From a virus (Duplodnaviria; Caudoviricetes): DNA of 56,130 nt. This document shows, piece by piece, positions 10,731-21,261 of this stretch. The translations under genes and the position numbers were made by a program. The first letter of the stretch is position 1; each line of letters begins with the position of its first letter. The notes beneath the pieces are model-generated. The model did no database searches and was not told the origin of the DNA. It worked only from the letters and a program-made list of their open reading frames with translations. The DNA lies in the IMG/VR virus record IMGVR_UViG_3300020165_000025, positions 1 to 56,130 of that record, one strand, 5' to 3'.

Positions 10731-11213
10731 TTATTTAAAGCTAATTTGCAAGGTTGATACATCGAACTTAACTGTATCTCCTGTGTAAATTACACGAGGG
10801 TTGTCAAGCTGCGCGTGCATTAAAACGTTTCCTACTCCCCACTCTCCAGAATCCACAATAGCGATTCCAGATACCCACCCCCAATCTTTAAGGGCTGGAG
10901 AACCATCACCTGTGTCGAATAAAAAAGAGTTAGTATTCTTTATTAATCCGCTTCCTGCCGCGTGATCTTCAGAACTATAAGTCCACACCCCATTACCAGC
11001 GGTAGACGGATCGCCAAGGCTAAGTCTTCTGTATCCAGTGTCATTGCCTTGACTGTCACCAGATGGTAATTCTAATAGAGTAGCTCCGGTATCTGAGTCA
11101 TTTGGAACACCACTGGTCAATGCGATAGCTAGGTTAGTTGGCTTCGCGAAGGTTTCACCTCTGAATATGTGATGTAAAAGTCCAGATTCTAAGTAATCTG
11201 ATAAAGCTGCCAT
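10731..11213 (-). CDS. Small virion/tail structural protein
   Basis: MAALSDYLE..LL.HIF, WG.V...AI.D, GN.L and GDTVKF pattern of a widespread phage structural family. Confidence 0.65.
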   Translation of the reverse strand: MAALSDYLESGLLHHIFRGETFAKPTNLAIALTSGVPNDSDTGATLLELPSGDSQGNDTGYRRLSLGDPSTAGNGVWTYSSEDHAAGSGLIKNTNSFLFDTGDGSPALKDWGWVSGIAIVDSGEWGVGNVLMHAQLDNPRVIYTGDTVKFDVSTLQISFK

Positions 11214-11260
11214 AGTTAAACTCCTAGTAAAGTCCTTAAAACAAGGTTTTATTATATACT

Positions 11261-11269
11261 ATTATACAC
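11261..11269 (-). promoter_or_regulatory. Putative late promoter GTGTATAAT
   Basis: Directly after the capsid terminator, upstream of the tail genes. Confidence 0.65.
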
Positions 11270-11307
11270 AAAAAAGAGCCACTCCCAAAGAAATGGAAGT
11301 GACTCTT
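11270..11307 (-). terminator. Intrinsic terminator after the major capsid gene
   Basis: Minus-strand hairpin AAGAGTCACTTCC...GGGAGTGGCTCTT followed by a T run. Confidence 0.75.
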
Positions 11308-11333
11308 ATATAGCGGCTGGTTTTCAGTCGACA

Positions 11334-12347
11334 CTAGAATGAGCCAAGAATGACTCTTCTGTTGTCAAGAACGCCGAATCCAAGTTCAGCAAATCCATAG
11401 TAACCAGCTCTCTGCTGACGATGAAGTGTAGGATCTTCAAAGATCTCTACATTTTGCTTCATTGGCATGATGAAGCTATCATTGGCTCCTTGATCAAGGC
11501 CAACGACAAGCTCTACATCAGAACCTTCGAGAGCACCGCCAAGGCCGTCTGCTGCTGAGAAGAAGGTTTGGTACTCTTGACCTTCACCAAGCTCATCTAG
11601 GTCGTGTAGGTTCACGCCAAAGATGCGGGTGATAGGAGCACCACCTTCGCTGGCAGTGTAGATTTGAGTTCTGATTTGATCAGAAACTTGATCTAGACCC
11701 CAGTTTCTTACGTCCTCAAGAGCTTCTGGAGAAACGTAAAGGTCAGTCAAACGACCACGATTAGCCGATCCAGTGTTACCACCTGCATTTCGACGCATAA
11801 CAGTCTGCATCAAGGAAACTAATCGCTTGCTGAACATTCCGGCTGTGGCATCACCATCATAAACCAAAATGTTTCGATCTACACCAGCGGCCAAAAGGGT
11901 GTGCCATCCGTCATCGTTCATTTTTTTAACGAATCCGGCCTCTAGGACTTGCATAGCGCGACCTACAATATCCCAACGAGCTTCACGAGCGTAACGCAAC
12001 AAGTAATCAATACTTGATGTGATGCTGTAGGTTGGAATCATAACATAGTCGCTCTCGACCGCACGTTCCGGTACGCGACCATGACCCGGGTTGGTGTAAG
12101 CTACGTGCTCACCTTCAAGTCCGGGAGAAATCAAGTCGAGTGGGTATTCTGTGGAAGCTCCCGGCTCTACATTGATTGTTTCAAAAATATTTCCAAGAAT
12201 ATTGCCTACGAGAACGCCCTTGCGAAGAGGGAGTTCAAGAGCTTTAGCAAATTCTCTTTGAGCGGCATAAGCAACGTTTTGGTCGCTATCGCCCGACTTT
12301 TTTAGCAATGAAATAAACTCATCACTAGGTCTTTCTGTAAGTGACAT
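11334..12347 (-). CDS. Major capsid protein (HK97 fold, putative)
   Basis: 337 aa; follows portal, protease and decoration genes; strong AAGGAG RBS; terminator downstream. Confidence 0.8.
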   Translation of the reverse strand: MSLTERPSDEFISLLKKSGDSDQNVAYAAQREFAKALELPLRKGVLVGNILGNIFETINVEPGASTEYPLDLISPGLEGEHVAYTNPGHGRVPERAVESDYVMIPTYSITSSIDYLLRYAREARWDIVGRAMQVLEAGFVKKMNDDGWHTLLAAGVDRNILVYDGDATAGMFSKRLVSLMQTVMRRNAGGNTGSANRGRLTDLYVSPEALEDVRNWGLDQVSDQIRTQIYTASEGGAPITRIFGVNLHDLDELGEGQEYQTFFSAADGLGGALEGSDVELVVGLDQGANDSFIMPMKQNVEIFEDPTLHRQQRAGYYGFAELGFGVLDNRRVILGSF

Positions 12348-12375
12348 AAAATATCTCCTTTAGGGTTAGGGCGTA

Positions 12376-12882
12376 TTATTGGCCGCGTGCGTTAGGAAGG
12401 TTGACATAAACTTTGCAGTATCCGTCAGCGTCTTTGCGGGACATAAATCGTCCAATGCAAAGCTCTCCTGATGCTGCTGCAAAACTGGTAGCATTACAAA
12501 TGTGACCAGCGGTTCCGTCAACATCGACTGTAGAAGCAAAAGCTTCTTCACCGGCTTTAGGTGTGCCTTCGATGTTATTAGTTACAACCCATCCACGAGT
12601 CAAAACGGTGACTTTACCACCTTTTTGTACTTCATCCTTGTATTGGTTGATGTGGGTTTTTGTTAAGTCTTTGTTAACGACATCGTTTAGAAGGATTCCG
12701 ATAGGAACGTCTGTGGATGTTGCCTTGGCGTATTTGACTAGGTTTTCGCCCTGATCCAATGCTGCACCAGATGCTTGACCTTGATCTGCCAAAACAACAA
12801 CACCACCCCTCGTGGCTTCCCCTTCGTTATAGAAAAAGGAAATATCTGTTGATTCTTCAAATCTATCTGCTTTAAGAGCCAT
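12376..12882 (-). CDS. Capsid decoration/cement protein (putative)
   Basis: Between protease/scaffold and capsid genes; PIGILL..V and GKVTVLTRG.V.T pattern. Confidence 0.6.
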   Translation of the reverse strand: MALKADRFEESTDISFFYNEGEATRGGVVVLADQGQASGAALDQGENLVKYAKATSTDVPIGILLNDVVNKDLTKTHINQYKDEVQKGGKVTVLTRGWVVTNNIEGTPKAGEEAFASTVDVDGTAGHICNATSFAAASGELCIGRFMSRKDADGYCKVYVNLPNARGQ

Positions 12883-12902
12883 TTTTATTTCTCCTGTTAT
12901 GG

Positions 12903-14384
12903 TTACTTGTTTAGTACGTTGTTTTCTAACCAGCTAGCAACGCTCGCTCTGGTCGCTTCCATTTCATCGATTTCGGCTGAATTTAGAGTTGCTTCCGAAG
13001 TTTCTACATCATCAAAAGCTTCTTCATTCAAATCTGCTTCATTCAAATCTGCTTCAGCTTCATCTGCCTTAGCTTCTTTTTCCTTCTTCTTCTTTTCGAT
13101 AGCTTCCTTAAGTTCAGGAGGCATCGCAGCTTCAGCTTCTTTGTCCTTTTTCTCTTTGTCATCTTTTGCGTACTTCTTTTTCATAAGCGCAATAACAGAA
13201 TCAAAAGCGTCTTCTTCAAGAGCGTCAAAACTGGCTAGAGAATCTTCTACGTCTTCTTCGCTGATACCAGCTTCAACAAGTGCAGCTTTTCTCTTCTCCA
13301 TCTTCTCTTTCTTCTTCATCTCATCCATGTCTTTCATAGCCACAGATAGATCGTCTTGAGATTTAGCAAGAGCGTCCTCTAGTTCAGCAACACGAGCTTG
13401 AGTGCTCTTGATGCTTTCCTCTAGTTCAGCAATGCTAGAATCTTTGTCGCTAATTTCGCCTTCATAAGCTTGAACTTTAGAAGCGAACTCTTTGTCTTTA
13501 GCTTCTTCGATCTGAGCTTTGATAGCCTCATTCTCCGCTTTTGATGCAGCAAGCTCTGCTCGAACTTCTTTGATCTGCATTTCTAAAACGTTTTCAGCCA
13601 TTGTAAATTCTCCTATATTAAAATTAGAAATATGGTCTTTTTCAAACGCGACAGATTTTGTTAAAATGATACTTCTTGGGTTGGCTGGTTTGGAAACAAG
13701 ACCTTTACCTGAGAAAGCTATATTTCTCAAAGCCCTGCCAACCTTATAACCTTCGTATTCACCCTTGCCGCCATAAGCTCTAAGATGCTTAGTCAAAAAA
13801 GCAGACTGCTCATCTCTAGCTAAAATTTTAGCGTTGCCGTCGTCGTTTATTAGTGCGTAATCAAATCCAGCAAATAGACATTCCATAGAAACATACCATT
13901 TGCCATCTTCGATTTCTGAAAGAATTTTGCTCATTCTTTCTTTGTTTTCTTCATCAGTCCAGCTATTATAGAGAACTGCTTGAGTAATTATGTCAAAATC
14001 TTCCGGCATTAGACTGTCATCTGCAACAGCCTTTCCATCTTTTGTTAAAACATAACTACCAGTAATATGCCCGATAATATCATTTTCATCGTGCATAAAA
14101 TTAAACTGTTTGTCCTCTGGAGTGTTTCTGGCCTCCCATGTCGATTCTGCTAGAAAAACATCATCGTTTTTGTTCCATCCACAAGAAACCAAAACAGATT
14201 CTAAATAGAATAAATCTATCTGGTCTTTGTTCTCTGCAACAATTTTCTGAGTGGCGCGTACCACATCGGCTTCAGTTACTTTTTTTCTTACTGATGCCTC
14301 AGAACAATACGCAACGCTGGCGGTACTCTTGACGAGTTCACCAACGCCGTCGTCTATTTCTTTTTGAAAAATTTTTATAGTCAT
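12903..14384 (-). CDS. Prohead protease fused to a coiled-coil scaffold
   Basis: N-domain with N.NDD.F, H....IIGH, VSMEC and G.GLV.KPA; acidic coiled-coil C-terminal half. Confidence 0.75.
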   Translation of the reverse strand: MTIKIFQKEIDDGVGELVKSTASVAYCSEASVRKKVTEADVVRATQKIVAENKDQIDLFYLESVLVSCGWNKNDDVFLAESTWEARNTPEDKQFNFMHDENDIIGHITGSYVLTKDGKAVADDSLMPEDFDIITQAVLYNSWTDEENKERMSKILSEIEDGKWYVSMECLFAGFDYALINDDGNAKILARDEQSAFLTKHLRAYGGKGEYEGYKVGRALRNIAFSGKGLVSKPANPRSIILTKSVAFEKDHISNFNIGEFTMAENVLEMQIKEVRAELAASKAENEAIKAQIEEAKDKEFASKVQAYEGEISDKDSSIAELEESIKSTQARVAELEDALAKSQDDLSVAMKDMDEMKKKEKMEKRKAALVEAGISEEDVEDSLASFDALEEDAFDSVIALMKKKYAKDDKEKKDKEAEAAMPPELKEAIEKKKKEKEAKADEAEADLNEADLNEEAFDDVETSEATLNSAEIDEMEATRASVASWLENNVLNK

Positions 14385-14400
14385 TTAATTACCTCAGACA

Positions 14401-14409
14401 ATTATACAC
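14401..14409 (-). promoter_or_regulatory. Putative late promoter GTGTATAAT
   Basis: Upstream of protease/scaffold; preceded by T tracts. Confidence 0.65.
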
Positions 14410-14442
14410 AAAAAAATCAAAAAAATCGAAAAAGGGTCATTT

Positions 14443-16461
14443 TTACCCATTCGGAGGCTCTAAAAGCGTCTCAATCCTCCGAGAGATGACCATTTTCTTG
14501 TAGTCTGCCCTGCTGAGATTTTGCTCTCTGATGTCTTTGTAAGCACCCCATTGTGCGTTGTTTACTCTTTGTTTTAAAGTTTTATACAAGTTTTCATCGC
14601 TGAGTTCAGTCATTGGTTTGAAGCATAAGAAAGAGTTGAGCTTTACTTCTTCTAACTCTTGGACTTGAGCCTTTGTCATTTGACGCATGTTGTTAAGACC
14701 TTTTGACCCTAAGTATCCTGCGGTAAGTTCTTCCGCTTTTTCGTAGGCAGACATTACCCATTGAATAAGGTCAGCTTTCCCGGGATTAGACTTTGGAGTT
14801 TCTACACGCTTTTTTCTTGGCTCTTCGTCTTTTTGAAAGTTCGGCCTGCCGTTATCTTTAGGCTGATTCTTCTCTTTTTGTTCTTGGTTTTTTATTTGGA
14901 TGTCTCCCTGCTTTTCAATTTTTTCCAAGTCTTTGTTATGATTTGCGTTATGGAATGGGCTTGCTTTGGGAGGTATTTTATCTGAGCCTCTGTCTTTATC
15001 TTCTCTCTTGAGCCTGACTTTTTCAACCATTGGTATTTCCTTGAATCTTTCAAGAACTGTTTCGTGAGAAATTATATCTCTGTCAGCCAACTGTATTAAG
15101 AGGTTCTTTTCAGAAGATTCATCAGATAAGCTCATTTGATCGTAAACTACGTGCGCAGGTTTTCTAAAGCCCATGGCTTTTCTTACAATTTCCATCTCAG
15201 CCTGCCAGAATCTGGTTAGCTGATCTCTTCCGTACTGTAGTCTTTCTACCAACGTTTTTAAGGATATAAAGTTGTTAGTAAATCCTCCGCTTTGACCAGC
15301 AATACCTGTTAGCGTGGGAGGTACACCAAGACCTGCGTATATACTGTTTAACACTGATTGATATTTTTCAGATCCTAAGAATTTATAAACCTGACTGTTG
15401 GACTCAGTGTATGAAAGCTCTGGCCCCCAAACTAACTCCATGGTTCCTCCACCAACGTTACTGGCAAGAATATTTCTTAGTTTATTGATAACCGCTTTGT
15501 TTGGAAGGATTTTATGATCTAAGCTACCAACTGTCCATAGTCTGATGTTTGATATAGCTCCATCCAGTGCTGATAAATCAGCGAGCTTCATCTTTTCTAG
15601 CATTATGATGTCGTCTAAGATAGCGTAGGTAAGCGGGTAAGCCCATTGCTGCCAATCATCTTTCTTATAATAAAATATTGAAAGCCTGCTTTCGTCTAGG
15701 TCAATTTTTCTTTTGCCTGATTTTATTGCTTGCTTTACGCTTGGCGGCAAAGTCTCTAGTATCTTAGCGGGAACTGCTCCGTCTTTAAAATTATCAAAGA
15801 AAGAATTCGCACTTAACTCGTGAGTTCTCCTTCCTAAAAACATGCTGATGTCGCCGTTTTTTACGTCGATATTTAACGGGTTAAAGAAGTTGTATCTCCA
15901 TGGAATCACGTTTGATTCTGTGATTGGCAGGTCGATTCTTATGTCGTTAGCCATCGCTTTCATGAATTTCTTGATCTCAGGAGTTACCGCTGCCTCACTC
16001 CTGTACACAAAAACCTGACCAGTTTTGTATAGATTATTTAAAAACCTTTCAGATCTTTCTTTGCCTTGCACCTTTTTAAACCACTGCTTGAAAAACTTTT
16101 CTGCACTTTTACTTTCGTGTACTACATTTATTCCTTGGCATCCAAAATCTCCCATTAAATCTATAATGTTTCTAACTATGCCGACTTTCTCGTAAGCATC
16201 CATACATAGTTTAATTGCTCTTTTTTGTTTTCTAGGAGTCGCTTCGTTTGGTCTGAAAGCGTCATAATCACTACGTCCGAATTGCGGTCTAACTGATCTG
16301 TTAGGCTCAATATCTAAAAAGTCCCTGTGATAACCTTTTGAGATGCCCTCGTAGGACTCCATCGAGTTAGAGAAATTTTCAAATGCCCGAGCTTTACTCG
16401 TTTGATCTATGTCGTTCCATGTTATAAAATTATCTTCTGTTTGTTTTTTATCTTCTGACAT
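14443..16461 (-). CDS. Portal protein (putative)
   Basis: 672 aa, directly after the terminase; helical, with I.AGLGVP.TL and ISHET.LE motifs. Confidence 0.75.
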   Translation of the reverse strand: MSEDKKQTEDNFITWNDIDQTSKARAFENFSNSMESYEGISKGYHRDFLDIEPNRSVRPQFGRSDYDAFRPNEATPRKQKRAIKLCMDAYEKVGIVRNIIDLMGDFGCQGINVVHESKSAEKFFKQWFKKVQGKERSERFLNNLYKTGQVFVYRSEAAVTPEIKKFMKAMANDIRIDLPITESNVIPWRYNFFNPLNIDVKNGDISMFLGRRTHELSANSFFDNFKDGAVPAKILETLPPSVKQAIKSGKRKIDLDESRLSIFYYKKDDWQQWAYPLTYAILDDIIMLEKMKLADLSALDGAISNIRLWTVGSLDHKILPNKAVINKLRNILASNVGGGTMELVWGPELSYTESNSQVYKFLGSEKYQSVLNSIYAGLGVPPTLTGIAGQSGGFTNNFISLKTLVERLQYGRDQLTRFWQAEMEIVRKAMGFRKPAHVVYDQMSLSDESSEKNLLIQLADRDIISHETVLERFKEIPMVEKVRLKREDKDRGSDKIPPKASPFHNANHNKDLEKIEKQGDIQIKNQEQKEKNQPKDNGRPNFQKDEEPRKKRVETPKSNPGKADLIQWVMSAYEKAEELTAGYLGSKGLNNMRQMTKAQVQELEEVKLNSFLCFKPMTELSDENLYKTLKQRVNNAQWGAYKDIREQNLSRADYKKMVISRRIETLLEPPNG

Positions 16462-16508
16462 TTTTAAAACCGTTAATGTTAATTGGAATGTAATTGGAAT
16501 GGTGTTAG

Positions 16509-16517
16509 ATTATACAC
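16509..16517 (-). promoter_or_regulatory. Putative late promoter GTGTATAAT
   Basis: Upstream of the portal gene. Confidence 0.6.
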
Positions 16518-16520
16518 GGA

Positions 16521-18512
16521 TTAGTATAAATCTTGCGTGCCGTCTGTAAACCAGTTTGGCCCAGAGTATAAGCTTCCGTTTTTTTCAGTCTTTTCAATCG
16601 TCGCAAAGCCTCCAAAGAAGTTATATTCTGCCGCCGTTGGTAGTCTTGCTAGGGTTCTTGCGGCCATATTAGCCATAAGCAATGCTGAGTAACGGTCTTT
16701 CCTGAGCTTACCCTTCTTTCCCGTACCAATTACGGTTTCTGGTGTATCCCATTTGTCTCGACCTGATGGCGTAGAAGTAATGGCTATCATTGCAAGCTCA
16801 TCCTTCATATCCTCAATCTCCATAACACACTGCTCTAAAGTGTCGTAGACTCTACCTTTTAGTCCATCTTCAGCGTTTGCTATACCTAAGCTAACTGTGT
16901 CAAACATAGGAAACAGCAAAACTTTATCTTCAAAATCTTTTCTCATTCCGTGATTGGCTTCTGCAAGCCAGTCGTACTTGGAAAACTGACACATTTCTAA
17001 GATATGTAATCCACGCTCGTCGTCTGTGTCCTTTGGTTTACCGTCGTCGATAACAGGCCATATAGCAAGCTCACCTTCTTTGATTTTGTCTTTGTCGTGT
17101 AGAGATTCCATAACAGCAATACCGCCTCCACCAGCATCCATGGCGATATGGATACACGGGAATCTAATCATCAAGTCTCTAATTTTCCTAGCGCAGTATG
17201 CGTAAAAGTCTGTTTCGGCAGAGTATCCACTCTTGACTTTACCTTTGTGTTCTTCTCTGTTTGTTGTCCAGCAGTGAACAATACGCCTGTGGTCTGCGTT
17301 TACCTCTAGTACAACGATGCTGAAATTGTCAACCTCAGAAGCGGGGTCAACACCAAAGATATACTTCTTGTCTTTGTCACCAATAAGTTGTGATTGGAAG
17401 TTAATATGATGACCGTCTGATGTCTTGATTGGTTGTTTATCTGTGTATTTTTCTTCTACAACGCACGACTCGATAAGAGAACGCTTGAAGAAGCCCTGAG
17501 AGTCCCGTGTGAAGCACGCGCCAAATTCCATCTGATATATACCGGCATGGACTGTAGCCTTACTACGGGCGACCTGAGAGGCATCCATAAAGCCGTCTGG
17601 AAGCAACTCGTATGGAACGCGGATAATAGAATAGTCTTTCCAGTTAAAGTCTTTAGGGGGGTCTTCCCCAAAGACTTCTCTTAACCTACTACTTTTCCCT
17701 TGACTTTTAATTATAGACTTCCACTTTTTCCAATACTCTGCAAAATGGTTAAAATCATAGTAGGCCGTTCCCGATAGGATGATTTGGTTGTCTCTCTTTT
17801 TTACTACGTCCCTACTTTCTTGTTCTATTTCTAGACCTAATTCTGCTGCTTTCTTTTTTGCTGCAATCTTTTTAACATTCTCAATAGGGTCTGAGCTGAC
17901 CGCAGCGAAACCAGCAACGACAGTCTCAAAGATGTCTCTGGGTATAGAAGCAAACTCGTCAGAAATAATGTCGTTAGCACGCTGACCACGAATCTTTTGC
18001 CCGTCTCCCAAGGGAAGGCAAGTGACGCGAGATTTATTAATACGCATAACACAACGGTCAACATCACGTCTCGGCCCACTACTCGCATCGCACATACTCC
18101 TTAAAATTGGTGCATTGTTCCAAATTGTTTCCATGTATTCAAAAAGAACCTTGGACTGCCTAAAAGCAGCACCAACGACTACGACTTTACGTTCAGGCAG
18201 AATCAAAGCTCTAATCATTGAATATAAAGATAGAATAAAGGATTTACCAAAACCACGACTAGCTATAAGCATGGGAAATTTTCTATTCCACATCTCGCAC
18301 AAAAACAGTGCTTGGGACGGTAGTATGTTTATATTGAATATGTACTTACATAAAAAAGAAAAATACTCTGGTCTGGTCATCAACCAAAGCATTTTATAAT
18401 GCGCGTCGTCCCCGCTGAATTTAACAATGTCAAACGGGTTGACTATTGTTGATTCGTCTAAGCCTTCTAGGTTTAACCAAGCTTCGTCTAGGTCTTTTAG
18501 TTTTGCTGTCAT
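16521..18512 (-). CDS. terL: Terminase large subunit
   Basis: Walker A ASRGFGKS, RG.RA, Walker B IISDE, nuclease FGVDPA and C-terminal KDRYSA. Confidence 0.9.
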   Translation of the reverse strand: MTAKLKDLDEAWLNLEGLDESTIVNPFDIVKFSGDDAHYKMLWLMTRPEYFSFLCKYIFNINILPSQALFLCEMWNRKFPMLIASRGFGKSFILSLYSMIRALILPERKVVVVGAAFRQSKVLFEYMETIWNNAPILRSMCDASSGPRRDVDRCVMRINKSRVTCLPLGDGQKIRGQRANDIISDEFASIPRDIFETVVAGFAAVSSDPIENVKKIAAKKKAAELGLEIEQESRDVVKKRDNQIILSGTAYYDFNHFAEYWKKWKSIIKSQGKSSRLREVFGEDPPKDFNWKDYSIIRVPYELLPDGFMDASQVARSKATVHAGIYQMEFGACFTRDSQGFFKRSLIESCVVEEKYTDKQPIKTSDGHHINFQSQLIGDKDKKYIFGVDPASEVDNFSIVVLEVNADHRRIVHCWTTNREEHKGKVKSGYSAETDFYAYCARKIRDLMIRFPCIHIAMDAGGGGIAVMESLHDKDKIKEGELAIWPVIDDGKPKDTDDERGLHILEMCQFSKYDWLAEANHGMRKDFEDKVLLFPMFDTVSLGIANAEDGLKGRVYDTLEQCVMEIEDMKDELAMIAITSTPSGRDKWDTPETVIGTGKKGKLRKDRYSALLMANMAARTLARLPTAAEYNFFGGFATIEKTEKNGSLYSGPNWFTDGTQDLY

Positions 18513-19162
18513 TTTAAGCTTTCTATATTTTCCAGTTTTCTTGTGTCTAGAACACTATCGGCAAATCCGTAATACACAGCTTCATTAGCGTCTAAAATCC
18601 AGTCTCCATCTTTTAGCTTTCTTTTTATGTTTGTCTTTATTTTTTCTAAGGTTAGATTTTTGATGGACTCTTTAAAATACTTACCTTTGATACAGCCATT
18701 GGCGTAAATGTCGATCATTGTCTCTGTGTTCTTTTTCTCAGCCTTTGCGTGATTTTGCGAGCTTAGATAATCACAGGTGAACCCTGAAGTCCCGTAGTGT
18801 AACAAGAAATATGCTCTGGGCATCATAACTCTTTTATCTGCCGCTTGAAGTATAATACTACTCATAGAGGTAGCAGCGCCGTATGCTATGATTGTTACAA
18901 AAGACTTGCAAACTCTAATAGCATCGAATATAGCCATTCCAGCGTCCCACTCTCCCCCATCGCTATACATGTGAATCAAAATAGGCTTTGACGACTGTGA
19001 ATCTAAGATTCTAATGTTTTTATAAAAGTTTGCCGCCATTCTGTATTCTACTCCGGGATCCTCGTCGGTGTTTCCTACATGTCCGTGAAGAAATATCTCT
19101 CTGTTCTTGATGTCTATACCGTAAGAATGTATTTCAGAAGTAATATCTAAACTATTTGTCAT
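18509..19162 (-). CDS. clpP: ClpP-family protease
   Basis: REIFL.G, S.GG...AGMAIFD.I, GAATSMSSII.QA, R.MMP.A..LLH and A.EAV.YGFAD; start moved to MTNSL. Confidence 0.85.
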   Translation of the reverse strand: MTNSLDITSEIHSYGIDIKNREIFLHGHVGNTDEDPGVEYRMAANFYKNIRILDSQSSKPILIHMYSDGGEWDAGMAIFDAIRVCKSFVTIIAYGAATSMSSIILQAADKRVMMPRAYFLLHYGTSGFTCDYLSSQNHAKAEKKNTETMIDIYANGCIKGKYFKESIKNLTLEKIKTNIKRKLKDGDWILDANEAVYYGFADSVLDTRKLENIESLK

Positions 19163-19664
19163 TATTTCCCTCCACTTCGTACAGTTCATTTATTCTTTTT
19201 AATATACTTAAAACAGTCCATTTTGCATTTTTCTTAGAATCACAAAATATTACGTGAATGCCATTGTGCATTTGGTACTCCATTATTCTTCTGAGCATGA
19301 ATTTATTTGTGACTTTCAGTTTCCCCCAATCCTCTTGTGGGATTCCAGATCTATCGGGAAAATCCATCAAGTCTGATAAAGAAAATTCAAAGATCATAAA
19401 TCTATGAGGAAACTCCATCATTCTCTTGATTTCTTTGTTGAATCTCACCATGTCGTGACCAATGTTGTTTGCAAACTCGACCACACTAGCCTTTCTTTCT
19501 ATGCACACCTTGTCCTCTAGCCCTTCCAGACTATAGTCTCCAGTGTCTAGTTTTCTTACTACCATACCTTCGCACTTGTGGTATCTAGAACTACTAGGCT
19601 TAAAGGTGTACCCTTCTTGCTCGCGACTATCTTTGATTATTGTAAACGGTTGTATTTTAGGCAT
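19152..19664 (-). CDS. ERCC4-domain nuclease
   Basis: DSREQ, LDTGDY and IERK motifs. Confidence 0.85.
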   Translation of the reverse strand: MPKIQPFTIIKDSREQEGYTFKPSSSRYHKCEGMVVRKLDTGDYSLEGLEDKVCIERKASVVEFANNIGHDMVRFNKEIKRMMEFPHRFMIFEFSLSDLMDFPDRSGIPQEDWGKLKVTNKFMLRRIMEYQMHNGIHVIFCDSKKNAKWTVLSILKRINELYEVEGNNDK

Positions 19665-19923
19665 TTTTTCGCCTCACTATCTGTGAAAATAAAGTTTCGT
19701 AAAAATTTTCATTATTATTAACTTCCTTGTGGCATCTCGCGCATAGCGTGATTCCATTGTCTATGTCAAATCTTAATGTAGAAGCGGAAGACCATTTCCT
19801 GATGTGGTGAACTTGTAAATACTTTTTATGTTTACATCTCGGCATTTGGCATTTATATCCGTCTCTATTCAATACTCGCTTCCTCCAGTCTTTGTATACA
19901 GGGTCGTTATAGTCTCTTTTCAT
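19657..19923 (-). CDS. HNH endonuclease
   Basis: RD.YKCQ..C, VHHI, N.ITLC..CH. Confidence 0.9.
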   Translation of the reverse strand: MKRDYNDPVYKDWRKRVLNRDGYKCQMPRCKHKKYLQVHHIRKWSSASTLRFDIDNGITLCARCHKEVNNNENFYETLFSQIVRRKNA

Positions 19924-20165
19924 TCTGCTACCCTCACTTTTATAATTCTAAAATCGAAAAGAAGATCTTTCATTATCTTTGCCATTTTTGGCTTTTGACT
20001 TATTATTAAAGACACAAACTTGAAATGCGCGTTAGAACATGCGTCGTCTGGATCGTTTGCGTCTACAAAAATAATAGGTCTTTGTGAATTAAATTCTTTA
20101 AGATCTATATCTTTGAGTCTGGGTAAAACAAATGTTAAGTCTAACGTAACTTTATAAATTTTCAT
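19920..20165 (-). CDS. Hypothetical protein
   Basis: Overlaps both neighbours in the operon. Confidence 0.6.
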   Translation of the reverse strand: MKIYKVTLDLTFVLPRLKDIDLKEFNSQRPIIFVDANDPDDACSNAHFKFVSLIISQKPKMAKIMKDLLFDFRIIKVRVAE

Positions 20166-21255
20166 TAATATCGTGATCCAACATTTTCTTTACTAGGTCT
20201 TCAAAGCTATGCTTGGGAGTCCAGCCAAGGATCTTATCAGCTTTGCTACAATCACCCCGTAAGTATTCTACCTCTGCTGGTCTATAGAATTCTGGGTCTT
20301 GAACTACTAAGTCAGACCAATTTTCTATATTAATATGAGAAAACGCTACGTCTAGGAACTCGCGAATAGTATGAGTCTCGCCGGTGCAGATAACAAAGTC
20401 CTGTGGGCTGTCCTGTTGGAGCATCATCCACATCGCTTCCACGTAATCTCCTGCGTACCCCCAATCTCTAAATGCTTCTAAGTTACCTAGACGCAGCTTT
20501 GGAAATGTATCTTTTGAAAAGTGCTGATCCTCTACGTCGTATGATGTTCTTTTGTAGATAACGTCTGGAGCGTCCTCTACAGAACCTACCCAAAATGGAT
20601 ATTCATCGTCTGATCTCCATGCTTCAAACTCCCCAATCCACTTGGTGATCTTTCTTGTGACAAATGTCTCGCCTCGTCGTTCACCTTCGTGATTGAATAA
20701 AATGCCAGCACTAGCGTGTAAACCGTAAGCCTCGCGGAATAGTCTAGTCATGTGGTGAGCCGCACACTTAGCAATCGCGTATGGGCTTTGCGGCATAAAT
20801 TTAGTCTCTTCGTTTTGAAATTTATTTTGAGACCTGTCTACATCATAATTTTTTCCAAACATCTCAGAAGAACTAGCCTGATAGAACCTAGCATCAATTC
20901 CAAGATCGACTATTGATTGTAAAATATTCAAACAGCCTTTGCCTGTTATGTCCCAAGTGAGTGCTGGTTGCTTAAAAGACACTGCTACATGGCTTTGAGC
21001 CGCTAAATTGTAGATTTCATCTACGTCTGCGTGTTCTTTTAGAATGTTATTTATACAAAGAGAATCAGTAATGTCACCACATTCGAGAATGAAATTTTCA
21101 TTACCAAGATTGTGATTGATTCTATCTGTGCTTTTTGTACTCGACCTTCTATGAACACCAACCACTTTATAACCTTTTTCAAGCAGTAGGTCTAATAGGT
21201 GACTACCGTCCTGTCCAGTTATTCCAAATATGATTGCTTTTTTTCTATCTTCCAT
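20152..21255 (-). CDS. gmd: GDP-mannose 4,6-dehydratase
   Basis: GITGQDG, YNLAAQSHV, YQASSSE, PQSPYAIAK, GILFNHE, FVTRKIT, RDWG. Confidence 0.95.
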   Translation of the reverse strand: MEDRKKAIIFGITGQDGSHLLDLLLEKGYKVVGVHRRSSTKSTDRINHNLGNENFILECGDITDSLCINNILKEHADVDEIYNLAAQSHVAVSFKQPALTWDITGKGCLNILQSIVDLGIDARFYQASSSEMFGKNYDVDRSQNKFQNEETKFMPQSPYAIAKCAAHHMTRLFREAYGLHASAGILFNHEGERRGETFVTRKITKWIGEFEAWRSDDEYPFWVGSVEDAPDVIYKRTSYDVEDQHFSKDTFPKLRLGNLEAFRDWGYAGDYVEAMWMMLQQDSPQDFVICTGETHTIREFLDVAFSHINIENWSDLVVQDPEFYRPAEVEYLRGDCSKADKILGWTPKHSFEDLVKKMLDHDINENL

Positions 21256-21261
21256 TTTTTC

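Noticed and set aside
16480-16501. Short tandem TAATTGGAATG x2 upstream of the portal gene
   Set aside because: Only two copies and no other occurrence seen.
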